DNA of 63,876 nucleotides, counting the filler, from Lama guanicoe (lineage: Eukaryota): NCBI GenBank assembly GCA_013239625.1. It is 79 parts of 78 records of this genome, joined end to end, with 100 filler letters (N's around TTAATTAATTAA, not from the genome) between each part and the next. Parts side by side here need not be neighbours in the genome. Positions count along the whole stretch, not along the records: positions 23,975 to 24,769 come from MU055462.1; positions 24,870 to 25,400 come from PNXV01013922.1; positions 25,501 to 26,847 come from MU055463.1; positions 26,948 to 27,970 come from MU055464.1; positions 28,071 to 28,819 come from PNXV01013931.1; positions 28,920 to 29,339 come from MU055466.1; positions 29,440 to 30,034 come from PNXV01013936.1; positions 30,135 to 31,100 come from PNXV01013938.1; 71 more parts are not named here. The stretch is one strand, 5' to 3'. The notes under the pieces are model-generated. The model ran no database searches. It had not been told where the DNA came from and worked only from the letters and a program-made list of their open reading frames with translations. This document shows positions 23,975-37,066 of this stretch, piece after piece. Position 1 is the stretch's first letter; every line of letters begins with the position of its first letter. The position numbers were made by a program, and so were the translations under genes.

Positions 23975-24769
23975 AGAATATGGAAAAAAGAATACAGAAA
24001 ACAGAATTTAGAACATGGAATGCTTAACAAAGAATTTAGAATATATAATACAGTATACTGAACATAGAATTTAGAACATAGAATGCAGAACACAGAAATT
24101 AGGATATAGAATACTGAGTGCAGAAATTAGAATGTAGAATCTAGAAAGAAGAACACAGAATAAAGAATATATAAAAGAAAATATAGAACCCAGAATTTAC
24201 AAATCGAATGCAGAGAATAGAATTTACAATATAGAATACAAAATACTGAATACCGAATTTAAAATATGAAAGAGGAACACAGAATATAGAATATAGGAAA
24301 GAGAATTTAGAACATGGAATGCAGAACACAGAATTTAGAATATAGAATACAGAATACAGAAAANNNNNNNNNNNNNNNNNNNNNNNNNNNNNNNNNNNNN
24401 NNNNNNNNNNNNNNNNNNNNNNNNNNNNNNNNNNNNNNNNNNNNNNNNNNNNTAATATAAAAAAAACAGAATATAGAACCCAGAATTTAGAACATGGAAT
24501 GCAGAACACAGAATTTAGAAAAAGAATACAGAACGCTGAATATAGGATTTAGACTATAAAATGTAGAACACAACATATAGAATATCGAATAGAGGATATA
24601 GAAACCAGCATTTAGAACATGGAATGGAGAACACAGAATTTAGAATGTAGAATATGGAATACTGAATATAGAATTTAGAGTATAGACTATAGAACACAAA
24701 ATATAGAATACATACTACGTAATGCAGAATATAGAATACAGAAAATCGAATTAGAAAACAGTATATAGA
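23975..24769 (-). repeat. Satellite A
   Basis: Heptamer array; catggaa at 24493 and 24618 (125 = 126 minus a 1-bp deletion). Confidence 0.95.
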
Positions 24770-25500
24770 NNNNNNNNNNNNNNNNNNNNNNNNNNNNNNN
24801 NNNNNNNNNNNNNTTAATTAATTAANNNNNNNNNNNNNNNNNNNNNNNNNNNNNNNNNNNNNNNNNNNNGTGAGAATCCATGATGGTGTAACTTGGACAA
24901 GAACCTGGGTCTCCTGTCTTCGTGTCCATGCGGGTGAAGAGGCAACTGTGTGGGGAATGGCAGGGATCCTTCTTGCTTGAGTTCCAGGGTCTTGTTAGTT
25001 TTCATTGCTCAGCTGCCTTTAGTTTATGTCCATATGGCCTCTCATGGGAAGGTCACTATGCCCTGATAGACTGAGTTACTAATCAGCAAATAGCTGTGGA
25101 CCCACTCATATTTTCCAGAGTTTTTCTGCTGACCTGCTGACACTTTATATAAATGAGACCTAACAAACTACTGGATATAAAATCCTTATAGTCATTAGCC
25201 CTCAAGTTCTATAGGAATGGGGTGCTGTCTCAGGCTGTCTAAGGCTAGATCTGAACAAAGATATGGTGATAGGCTTTGCTGCTGGACCCTCCCCAGTCGA
25301 ATGGGATTTCCACTTCAGTTTTTAGAATCAGGCAGATGAGTTTAAATCTTCTCTTTACCAGTTATTAGCTTCGTGACCTTGGGGAAGTAACTTTACTTTT
25401 NNNNNNNNNNNNNNNNNNNNNNNNNNNNNNNNNNNNNNNNNNNNTTAATTAATTAANNNNNNNNNNNNNNNNNNNNNNNNNNNNNNNNNNNNNNNNNNNN

Positions 25501-26847
25501 CTATATTCTGTATTCTTTATTCTATATTCTATATTCTGTATTCTACATTTTGTAATCTATTTTCAATATTCTGTATTCTGTATTCTATATATCTAAATTC
25601 TGGGTTCTGCATTCCAAGTTCTAAATTCTGTGTTCTGCATTCTGTATTCTATATTCCATATAATTTGTTGTAAATTCTGTATTCTACATTATATTTTCTG
25701 TATTCTATATTCTAAATTTTGTGTTCTGAAATCCATGTTCTAAATTATGGGATATATGTTCTTTATACTATATTCTGTATTCTGTGTTTTGCATTCCACT
25801 GNNNNNNNNNNNNNNNNNNNNNNNNNNNNNNNNNNNNNNNNNNNNNNNNNNNNNNNNNNNNNNNNNNNNNNNNNNNNNNNNNNNNNNNNNNNNNNNNNNN
25901 NNNNNNNNNNNNNNNNNNNNNNNNNNNNNNNNNNNNNNNNNNNNNNNNNNNNNNNNNNNNNNNNNNNNNNNNNNNNNNNNNNNNNNNNNNNNNNNNNNNN
26001 NNNNNNNNNNNNNNTTCTGTAATCGTATTTTATATTCTTTTGTTTGTGTTCTACATTCTATATTTCAAATAATATTTATGTATCCTATATTCTTTATTCT
26101 GTGTTCTGAATTCCATGATTATATTATGGGTTCTATATTCTGTTTTCTATATTGTATATTCTGTGTTCTGCTTTAAATATTCAAATTTCTGGGTTCTGGG
26201 TTCAGTATTCTATATTCTATATTCTTTGTTCTACATTCCATATTTTGCATTCTATATCTGTATTCTATTTTCATATTCTGTGTTGTACGAATTCCATTGN
26301 NNNNNNNNNNNNNNNNNNNNNNNNNNNNNNNNNNNNNNNNNNNNNNNNNNNNNNNNNNNNNNNNNNNNNNNNNNNNNNNNNNNNNNNNNNNNNNNNNNNN
26401 NNNNNNNNNNNNNNNNNNNNNNNNNNNNNNNNNNNNNNNNNNNNNNNNNNNNNNNNNNNNNNNNNNNNNNNNNNNNNNNNNNNNNNNNNNNNNNNNNNNN
26501 NNNNNNNNNNNNNNNNNNNNNNNNNNNNNNNNNNNNNNNNNNNNNNNNNNNNNNNNNNNNNNNNNNNNNNNNNNNNNNNNNNNNNNNNNNNNNNNNNNNN
26601 NNNNNNGTGTTCTACATTCTGTAAACTACTTTTTATATGCTGAATTCTGTATTCTACATTCGAAATTCTGTGTTCTACATTCTAAACTCTACATTCTATA
26701 TTCTGTATTGTGTACTTAATATTCTAATTTCTCTGTTTTGAATTCCATGCTCTAAGATTTGTGTTCTGTTTTCTGTATTTTATATTCTATATTTTGTCTT
26801 CTACAAACTGTATTCTACATTCTATATTGTATATTCTGTATTCTGCT
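25501..26847 (+). repeat. Satellite A (gapped scaffold)
   Basis: Heptamer array in three blocks separated by N gaps. Confidence 0.93.
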
Positions 26848-29439
26848 NNNNNNNNNNNNNNNNNNNNNNNNNNNNNNNNNNNNNNNNNNNNTTAATTAAT
26901 TAANNNNNNNNNNNNNNNNNNNNNNNNNNNNNNNNNNNNNNNNNNNNTAGCCAGGAGTTTTCTCAGGGATTAGGCAGCTAATTCTGGTCCCTTTTAATTT
27001 CTGGATCTTGTGAAGGAAATACCAGCAAAAACTCTGATGGGGGATGGAACACACACACAAAAACATCTCTGCCCCATTGAAGTTTTAAAATGAAACTTCA
27101 AGTTTCTAAGCTTAAAAGAATAAAATAGTTAACTGTGGGCAAAAGCAATCAGGACTGGCCAGCGGTGGCATCTTTTCTTAGCTGAGTGGGTGAGGTTGCA
27201 TAGTGNNNNNNNNNNNNNNNNNNNNNNNNNNNNNNNNNNNNNNNNNNNNNNNNNNNNNNNNNNNNNNNNNNNNNNNNNNNNNNNNNNNNNNNNNNNNNNN
27301 NNNNNNNNNNNNNAAAAAACATTATGTCATTTTATTGGTGCATAACAAGGGGACAGGAAGACAGCTCTAATACCCGCCACCTTGGGAATTTGGAATAGTC
27401 TGGAGACCTGAAGACAGACAGTTTGTTTACAGAGCTAAGACTTCAGGGACTGGTGTCCTCATCTAGAGATTGGCTCAGGCTCCCACATGTGAAGGCTGAA
27501 CTCACCAGGGAGATTGTATGGAAAATTCCCAAACATGGGACTCAGGTTTTCTTGAAGAGAGATTTGATTTCTGGGTTTTATGTAACAATGAGAGTAGATC
27601 AATTTCTTATTTTGATCTTATAATCACAAAGTTAAAACTATGAAATTGTGGAGAGCTAGGAAATGCCAAAGAGCTGAATCCACACCTTTCAATATGGGAA
27701 AGAATAGGGTAACGGAGATACTGATTTGGGAATTCTGACCTAAGAATTCTCACTGCCATATTGAGAAGCCAAGAGAAAAGTCACTTTTCCCCTCTAATAC
27801 ACCCAATGTGTCATCTGCAAGAATGGTGTCACATCTTGAGGATGGTGTTCAGCCAGTTCCGTCTAGATCAAGTGACTGGATGGTGTCTCTGACCCTCCCC
27901 TTCCCATATTCTCAGTGCATATGTCTTTCCAGGGGCTAAGGTTACCTTGTTTTGCCTCCTGCAGACCTCCNNNNNNNNNNNNNNNNNNNNNNNNNNNNNN
28001 NNNNNNNNNNNNNNTTAATTAATTAANNNNNNNNNNNNNNNNNNNNNNNNNNNNNNNNNNNNNNNNNNNNTTGAGTTTCTGTTCTCATGAAACTCTTGAT
28101 CTCTCTTCTGTGTTGCCTTTGACACCAGCATTCTACTCCTGGCCAACCTAACTGCAGAGCTCACCCCTCTCTGTGGTGTCCCCCAAAACCACTTACACAA
28201 GCAGGCCATTCTGTTTTTTGGAGCATGGAGGAGAAACTCAAGCAACTTGAACTTTGAAATAAGAAACATCCATCATTTTAAAATCTTCCATGCCACTATA
28301 AAAAAAATTATTTTTTTAACATCACTTTTAATTTTAATTTTTAAACTATTTTAAACTTTGTTACTTTTTTTAAACTTTACTTTTTTTCTTATCATCCTTC
28401 ATTGTAGGCTCCAGAAAACTGCCATTCTGCCCACCACATCCAAGTTCCCTTTCACTGTTTCTCCTCCCTTCCCTAACCTTCCTTCTCTCTCCCTTATTAC
28501 CAAGTTTCTGTCCATTCTCTTTATAGGGCAGTTAAATTATTTTTTCTTTCTTTCTTTCTGTTTTTGCAGAGTGAACGCCTTTGGGTGTCAGTGTGTCCTT
28601 CCAAGTTTCTTCACAAGGGCTTCATCCTCCAGCTTCAGGAAGGATTCCTGGGGGTCTTCTCGAAAAAAAAGCATTTTCCTTGTCCCCCAGCCCACCCCGC
28701 CCCTCAAAAAAAAGATTCTGATCTTCGCTGTGAAATGAATCTTTCTTTTTCCCTACTGTGTAGTAGACATCTCTTATCCTGATCTCACAGTCAGATTTTT
28801 CCAGAGGAGTAAAAGTAGCNNNNNNNNNNNNNNNNNNNNNNNNNNNNNNNNNNNNNNNNNNNNTTAATTAATTAANNNNNNNNNNNNNNNNNNNNNNNNN
28901 NNNNNNNNNNNNNNNNNNNAAATGGAAGAGTAGGGCGTCTGGGAATGGGTACGACTGAACAGTGCATGCCCCCCATTGGCTGGGCCACTTTCTTGTACTC
29001 AGTCACCTTCCAAATGCCCTGCTGCCGTGCTGGTGCAGGCTGGCCTATCACCTATCTCCACTTTGCTTGTTTTGCTTGCCAGTAAATATCTCCTGGAGAC
29101 CACAGCACATGAGTGGTGACATTCCTCTACCTTTCTGTAGAAGCATAGGCTCCCACAGACACCACCCTCGTTCCTGTTTGCAAGCTGTGCNNNNNNNNNN
29201 NNNNNNNNNNNNNGAGCTGCCTCGGGGGGTTCTGGTGGAGCTGGGGATGCCTGCTGACCGCTGCATGAGGTGTCTGTTAGGTGACAACAGGACCCTCATC
29301 TGTTGGGGACAGAAAGCCTTCTCTCCTTCCTCTCCTCTTNNNNNNNNNNNNNNNNNNNNNNNNNNNNNNNNNNNNNNNNNNNNTTAATTAATTAANNNNN
29401 NNNNNNNNNNNNNNNNNNNNNNNNNNNNNNNNNNNNNNN

Positions 29440-29910
29440 CCTTGAGATTCTCCAGTGCTCACCCAGGGGACGTAAAAGGTGGTGGCAGATATTCTGGGAG
29501 TGTTCATCTACACGAGCTTTCCTGGAGGCTGACATCTTGATTGGATCATTAGCACCAAACCCGGCCCCACCCAACAGCCTGTAGGGAAGCCTCAGGCCAG
29601 ACAACATACACGGTGGGAACACAGCCACACCCATCAGCAGACTTCCTGAGTCACAAAGGCCTCTAGATATAGCTCTACCCACCAGGGGTCCAGGACCAAG
29701 CTTCACCCAGCAGTGGGCAGGCACCTACTCCCCCTCCCAGGAAACCTGCATAAGCAGCTTCATCCAGGCAGATACTGGAAATAAGAACATTACAATCCCA
29801 AAGGCTGTGGAAGGAATCTGCAAACACAGAAAGACAGATGATATGAAGAGGCAGTGGATTATCTCCTAGGCCAAGGCACAAGATAAAATCCGAGAAAAGA
29901 TCTAAGTTAT
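29440..29910 (+). mobile_element. LINE-1 5' UTR and ORF1 start (older cetartiodactyl-type)
   Basis: ccccacccaacagcctgtagg, cagtgggcaggcacc..cccaggaaacctgca; ORF1-like ATG at 29843 (atgaagaggcag...caagataaaatc). Confidence 0.75.
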
Positions 29911-30134
29911 GAGGAGGCTTGTGCAGGTTTCCTGTTAGGAGCCAGTGCTTGCCCACTGCCTTGGACTGGGAGATATTCCTTTGCTGCCTCATATCGTCTA
30001 TCTTTCTATTTCTAGTTTTTGAAGTGAAAAAAAANNNNNNNNNNNNNNNNNNNNNNNNNNNNNNNNNNNNNNNNNNNNTTAATTAATTAANNNNNNNNNN
30101 NNNNNNNNNNNNNNNNNNNNNNNNNNNNNNNNNN

Positions 30135-31100
30135 ACAAAGGGAACAGTTTGCAGGAGAAACACTAACTCTGGTTTCTCAGTCTATTTCCTAGTGCCGGTT
30201 TGAAATTCCTGCGGTTTTCAACGTAAAATCAAGTTGGAGCTTGTACCTCCCCATATATAAGTATGGAGTGGAGTTTGCAACTGAAGAGAAAATTTCTGTT
30301 CCCAACAAGGTAGGTGATGGACGGCTTTCACACACGCTTAACTTTCAAAACTGAGAATGTGGAGAGACGTTCGTTCATCTACCAGAAAGGGAACAGTTTG
30401 CAGGAGAAACAGTTACTCTGGTTTCACAGTCTGTTTCCTAGTGCCGGTTTGAAATTCCTACACTTTTCACTGTAATACCGAGTTGGAGCTTGTACCTCCC
30501 CATATATATGTATGGAATGAAGTTTGCAACTGAAGAGAAATTTGTGTTCCCAACAAGCAAGTTTAAGAACGGCTTTCACACACGCTTAACTCTCAAAACT
30601 GAGCATGTGGAGAGACGTTCGTTCATCTAGCACAAAGGGAACAGGTTGCAGGAGAAACACTTTCTCTGGATTCTCAGTCTGTTTCCTAGTGCCGGTTTGA
30701 ATTTCCTGCAGTTTTCACCGTAAAACCGAGTTTGAGATTGTACCTCCCCATGTATATATATCGAGGGGAATTTGCAACAGAAGAGAAAATTTGTGTTCCC
30801 TACAATCTAGGTGAAGGACGGCTTTCACACACGCTTAACTCTCAAAACTGAGCATGTGGAGAGACGTTCGTTCATCTAGCACAAAGGGAACAGGTTGCAG
30901 GAGAAACATTTACACTGGTTTCTCAGTCTGTTTCCTAGTGCCGGTTTGAAGTTCCTGCAGTTTTCACCGTCAAACAAATTGGAGCTTGTACCTCCCCATA
31001 TAAATGTAGGGAGTGGAGATTGCAACTGCAGAGAAAGTTTGTGTTCCCAAGAAGATGGGTGAAGGACGGCTTTCACACACGCTTAACTCTCAAAACTGAG
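30135..31100 (-). repeat. Satellite C (about 4 monomers)
   Basis: gag.atgtggagagacgttcgttcatct at 30353, 30601 and 30850 (periods 248, 249). Confidence 0.97.
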
Positions 31101-31200
31101 NNNNNNNNNNNNNNNNNNNNNNNNNNNNNNNNNNNNNNNNNNNNTTAATTAATTAANNNNNNNNNNNNNNNNNNNNNNNNNNNNNNNNNNNNNNNNNNNN

Positions 31201-31696
31201 TATATACTGTGTTCTAGATTGTATATTCTGTATTCTATATTCTGCATTCGGTATTATATATTCTATATTCTGTGTTCTACATTCTATATTCTAAATACTT
31301 ATTTCAGTGTTCTGTATTCTATATTCTTAATTCTGTGTTCTGCATTCAATGTTGTAAATTCTGGGTTTGTATTCTGTTTTCCATATTCTAAATTCTGTGT
31401 TCTACATTCTATATTCTGTATTCTATATTCTGTATTCCGTATTCTATATTCTATATTCTGTGTTCTATATTCTATATTCTAATTTCTGTATTCAGTATTC
31501 TGTATTCTACATTGTAAATCTGTGTTCTGCATTCCATTTTCTAAATTCTGGGTTCTATAAACTTTATCCTATATTCTATATTCTGTGTTCTACATTCTAT
31601 ATTCTAAATACTATATTCAGTATTCCATGTTCTATATTCTGCGTTCTACATTCTATATTCTATATCCAGTATTCTTTATTCTATATTCTAAATTCT
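31201..31696 (+). repeat. Satellite A
   Basis: Heptamer array. Confidence 0.95.
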
Positions 31697-31796
31697 NNNN
31701 NNNNNNNNNNNNNNNNNNNNNNNNNNNNNNNNNNNNNNNNTTAATTAATTAANNNNNNNNNNNNNNNNNNNNNNNNNNNNNNNNNNNNNNNNNNNN

Positions 31797-32716
31797 TCCA
31801 CCAACGGTCGGCAGCGCGTGGGTCCTAACTGAATGCCTAAGCTCGACTCCCTTGGATTTTTCCTAATATCTATGTGCCAGGGAATGCTAGTGGGGTTTGC
31901 AGGCAATCCCAGTGACAGAGGCTGGCTCCCCAAGGTCAGGGAAGGTATTTCTCATACTTCCCCGTTCCGGGAACAACTGGGAGTGAAGAGACCTGCGAGG
32001 AGTTGTCTCTCGAGCTCCCCCACGCACTGACAATGATTTTGGAATCTTGAGCTTGGGGAGGTTATACCAACGGTCGGCAGCGCGTGGGTTCAAACGGAAT
32101 GCCTAAGCTCGACTCCCCAGGTTTTTTCCTAATGTCTCTGTGCCAGGGAATGCTAGGGGGGTTTGCAGGCAATCCNNNNNNNNNNNNNNNNNNNNNNNNN
32201 NNNNNNNNNNNNNNNNNNNNNNNNNNNNNNNNNNNNNNNNNNNNNNNNNNNNNNNNNNNNNNNNNNNNNNNNNNNNNNNNNNNNNNNNNNNNNNNNNNNN
32301 NNNNNNNNNNNNNNNNNNNNNNNNNNNNNNNNNNNNNNNNNNNNNNNNNNNNNNNNNNNNNNNNNNNNNNNNNNNNNNNNNNNNNNNNNNNNNNNNNNNN
32401 NNNNNNNNNNNNNNNNNNNNNNNNNNNNNNNNNNNNNNNNNNNNNNAATCCCAGTGACAGAGGCTGCCTCCCCAAGGTCAGGGAATGTATTTCACGGACT
32501 TCCCCGTTCAGGGAACACCTGTGACTGAAGAGAGCTGCGAGGAGTTGTCTATCGAACTCCCTACGCACTAACAATGGTTCCAGAATCCTGAGCGTGTGGA
32601 GGTTCCACCAACGGTAATCAGCGCGTGGGTTCAAACGGAATGCCTTAGCTCGACTCCCCTTGGTATTTTCAAAATGTCTCTGTGCCTGGGAATGCTAGTG
32701 GTGTTTGCAGGCAATC
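31797..32716 (-). repeat. Satellite B
   Basis: ccaacggtcggcagcgcgtggg..gaatgcctaagctcgactcccc repeated. Confidence 0.95.
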
Positions 32717-34837
32717 NNNNNNNNNNNNNNNNNNNNNNNNNNNNNNNNNNNNNNNNNNNNTTAATTAATTAANNNNNNNNNNNNNNNNNNNNNNNNNNNN
32801 NNNNNNNNNNNNNNNNCACCTGGGCTGAGGAGTTAAAGAAAAGGAAGGAAAGAGTAGGGTGGGGAGGGAAGCAGGAGGGAAAGCGCTGCCTCAGGCTCAG
32901 AAATGGAAGAGAGTGGGGGTCTGGGCTTGGACTGGGGGTCCGCTGGAGGGACACGGAGTTCGCAGGGCACTGGCTTGTGCGTCATGGGGAGAGAGGAGCT
33001 TGGAGACCTGCCCCATGTCTGACAGGTTCCAGAAGGTTCTGGAAGGACAGAAGGGAACTTTGCAGTGGATCCTTGTAGGAAAGTCTCTCAAAGGGGAGGA
33101 GGGCGCTGGGGCCCCTCCTGAGGCTGCTCCTCCCCATCTCCACCCCTCCACTGGGCCTGGTGGCCAGGGTGGTCAGTTGTCCTACTCGGCTGGCTGCTCC
33201 TAAGGTGCTCATCTCATCANNNNNNNNNNNNNNNNNNNNNNNNNNNNNNNNNNNNNNNNNNNNTTAATTAATTAANNNNNNNNNNNNNNNNNNNNNNNNN
33301 NNNNNNNNNNNNNNNNNNNGGGTGGAAGCAAGGAGACGGGTCAAGAGGCTACTGCATCCGTCCGGGAGAGCTGCAGTCGTGGGAGAAGCCATGGATTCTG
33401 GGTGTATTTTTGTAGTTGATCAGGCCCTAGACAGGAACCCTGGGGAGAGGAGGGCCGGAGAAGGCCCAGGAGTGCCTGGCCAGGCTGCGTACCCAGCTGC
33501 CCCTCAGGTGCAGGGGGCAGGGACTTGCCCCAGGGCACACAGGGTTGGGGAGGGACCAGGGCACAGGCCTGCCTCCTGCTTAGTGGGCCTGGCACTTCTT
33601 CACCCCTGTGGCCTGTGGGTGGAGTGGGTGGCTGGCTGATCCTTTGCTTTGTGACCCTGGTTCTCTGTGCCTCTGGAAGACAAGGCAAGAGTGCCTGTCT
33701 CCGGGCTGAGAGGAGGGTCCGGGGAGATGGCCTGTGATGCACAGAAGACGTCAGCCTTTCCCTCCTCCTCACCCCCACCATCCAGTCCAAGTGAGGGNNN
33801 NNNNNNNNNNNNNNNNNNNNNNNNNNNNNNNNNNNNNNNNNTTAATTAATTAANNNNNNNNNNNNNNNNNNNNNNNNNNNNNNNNNNNNNNNNNNNNCTC
33901 CAAGAACGGGTCCAAGATCCCTGACGTCAAAAAGAGAAGAGATGGCCAAGATCATCAAAACGCTCATGTTCTTGGAAGAGGTCGTGAGAATCCACACGTC
34001 CCAAGGGGCATTTCCAAGCCCTACAGACCAAAACGCACCAAGCCCAGGTAAGCCTTTTCCCAGGTTGGGGCCTAGCTATCAAGCACTTGCTCTTCCCTCC
34101 CCTCTACTCAGGCATCCATTTGAAGGATCAGTACCTGAGCTGCAATGAAGCCAGTACGAGAATGGCAAGCCCCTCCTAGAACCAGAGTTCCTCCAGCTTC
34201 ACACTCTGTGAACAACAGTGATCTCCTTAAAGGTCAAANNNNNNNNNNNNNNNNCTTACCTCCCACAAAGAAACGATGGCCTTCCACTAGATTCCGCAAA
34301 TGCTGGGTTTATGTCTTCTCTGGGGTGAAGGGAGTGTGGTAAGTGAGGGGAATCTTTGACTGAACTTGAATATGTATTAGGCCTCCGTTTTTCAAGACAG
34401 TCTAGGTAAATATTAGAATCAGATAGTGAACTGAACTGTAAAAGTCGCCAATGACATCAAAGTCACAGCTATGTGGACAGTCTTTCAGTTGAGTCAAGCC
34501 CCCGGGGGCACTATATCATGGGGTGTAGACTTGGTTGCGTTCATTTGCTTTACCCAACGTGATCGGATGGTTAAGTTTTTCATCACTGATAGGAGAACAC
34601 CTGGTTCTCAATAGCCTAGCATAGCTGCAGCAGGGTTCCCTGAGCTATAATGCCTCCAGGTGCTTTTGGATTCAAACATAAATGTATTTATTTGGTTTGT
34701 TTTCTCTTGTATTTTCCAAGAGAGGGATGTTACCCCTNNNNNNNNNNNNNNNNNNNNNNNNNNNNNNNNNNNNNNNNNNNNTTAATTAATTAANNNNNNN
34801 NNNNNNNNNNNNNNNNNNNNNNNNNNNNNNNNNNNNN

Positions 34838-35300
34838 CTATATTCTGTATTCTATATTCTGTATTCTGTGTTCTACATTCTATATTATAAATTGTATATT
34901 CAGTATTCTATACTCTATATTCTAAATTCTGTGCTCTACATTCTATATTCTAAATTCTACATTCTGTAATCTGTATTCTGTATTCTATATTCTGTGTTCT
35001 ACATTGTATATTATATTCTATATTCAGTATTCCGTGTTCTTTATTTTAAATTCTGTGTACTGCATTCCAAGTTCTAAATTTTTTGTTCCATATTCTGTAT
35101 TTTAAATTATATTCTGTGTTCTACATTCTATATTCTAAATTCTATATTCAGTATTCTGTATCCTATATAATAAATTCTGTGTTCTACTTTCTATATTCTA
35201 AATTCAATATTCAGTAATGTGTATTCTATATTCTTAATTCTGTGTTCTGCTTTCCAGTTCTAAATTCCGTGTTCCATATTCTGCTTTCCATATTCTAAAT
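34838..35300 (+). repeat. Satellite A
   Basis: Heptamer array. Confidence 0.95.
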
Positions 35301-35599
35301 NNNNNNNNNNNNNNNNNNNNNNNNNNNNNNNNNNNNNNNNNNNNTTAATTAATTAANNNNNNNNNNNNNNNNNNNNNNNNNNNNNNNNNNNNNNNNNNNN
35401 GCAGGAGCACAGGCAGGGCTAGGCCTTTGTTCTCTCTGTGTCATCACAGTGAGACATGATGGAAGGGGGCAGAGCACAGCCATTCAAGGAAGGCCACAGC
35501 AATTAACATCAAAATGGTGAAGGATCCAACCCCCAATAGTCCTTGAGGCTCAGGATGAAGAGATTTAACTTCTAGCAGATCTTGAGCTTCATTAAACAC

Positions 35600-35867
35600 C
35601 CATTGTAATAGTAACATGGTGAATAACATGCCCCAGGCACAATGGCAGTAACAAGGCTAGCACCACAAAAGGTCACAGTGTGGGAAATGGCCAACAGCCT
35701 TTGAATCCCAGCCCCTTGCCCTAAGGCTAGTCCTTCTACTTATTAGCATATGAAATCACCAAGCCCAAGAAAACTAGCAACACAGCATCACCTGGCAGTC
35801 ATCACTCTCTCTCCCTCCTCGGAGAAGGCCCACACTCTGTCTGTGTAGTGTGTACACACTTTTAATC
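35600..35867 (+). mobile_element. Possible ERV1-type LTR fragment
   Basis: ttagcatatgaaatcacc..gcccaag..ggcccacactctgtctgtgtagtgtgtacac resembles the U3/R region of gamma-like LTRs; recognition only. Confidence 0.35.
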
Positions 35868-36039
35868 NNNNNNNNNNNNNNNNNNNNNNNNNNNNNNNNN
35901 NNNNNNNNNNNTTAATTAATTAANNNNNNNNNNNNNNNNNNNNNNNNNNNNNNNNNNNNNNNNNNNNAGCAACATACATACTCAAGGCAGGACTAAGAAC
36001 TCACACGGATAACTAATACCCTCTACATACATCCCACTT

Positions 36040-36292
36040 TGCCCTTAGGGCCTTTGCGATGGCTGCTCTTTCAGCCATGATCTCTCTCCGCCTGCTTCTT
36101 AAACGTCTCCAGGAATCTGCTCAAATGTCCTCCCTGACCTTATTTTTCTCCATGGAACATATCACCTCCAGACATTGTGTATATTTTACTTAATTTTCTC
36201 TGTGTCCCCCACCAGGCTGTCTGCTGCATGAGGATGGAGACCTGACTGCTTCACTACCTGCTGTGCCCGGTATCTGGAACCCACCCAACACA
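36040..36292 (+). mobile_element. LINE-2 3' end relic
   Basis: cttagggcctttgc..gctgct, tctgctcaaatgtc and catgaggatggagacc...ctgtgcccggtatctggaac are L2a-type motifs. Confidence 0.65.
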
Positions 36293-36522
36293 NNNNNNNN
36301 NNNNNNNNNGTGTGTGTGGGATCACTGTAGGCCACAGACAAGACAAATCTCAGCAGTCATGGTAAGAGTCATACATTCTCTACTTACTGAGCCCTACTGT
36401 GTGCTGGATACTGACCTGGGTGNNNNNNNNNNNNNNNNNNNNNNNNNNNNNNNNNNNNNNNNNNNNTTAATTAATTAANNNNNNNNNNNNNNNNNNNNNN
36501 NNNNNNNNNNNNNNNNNNNNNN

Positions 36523-36966
36523 TCCACGACCAGATGGCTTCACTGGGGAATTCTACCAACCATACAAAGAACAACTCAAACTAGTCCTACTCAAACTCTT
36601 CCAGAAGACTGAAAAAGAGGGAGTACACCCAAACTCATTCTATGAAGCCACCATCACCCTGATACCAAATTACGCAAAGACACTACCAAAAAAGAGAATT
36701 ATAGGCCACTATCACTGATTAAAATAGATGCAAAAATCCTCAACAAAATATTAGCAAACAGAATCCAGCAGCACATAAAAAAGTTCACAAACCATGATCA
36801 AGTTGGACTCATCCCAGGAACACAAGGATGGCTCAACATAAGCAAATCAATCAATATAATACACCACATCAAACATCAAGAGAGACAAAAAACACATGAT
36901 CATCTGAATAGATGCACGAAAAGCATTTGATAAAATTCAACACCCATTTATGATAAAAACTCTCAA
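36523..36966 (+). mobile_element. LINE-1 ORF2 RT N-terminal fragment (relatively young)
   Basis: [64 protein letters not shown]. Confidence 0.97.
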
Positions 36967-37066
36967 NNNNNNNNNNNNNNNNNNNNNNNNNNNNNNNNNN
37001 NNNNNNNNNNTTAATTAATTAANNNNNNNNNNNNNNNNNNNNNNNNNNNNNNNNNNNNNNNNNNNN

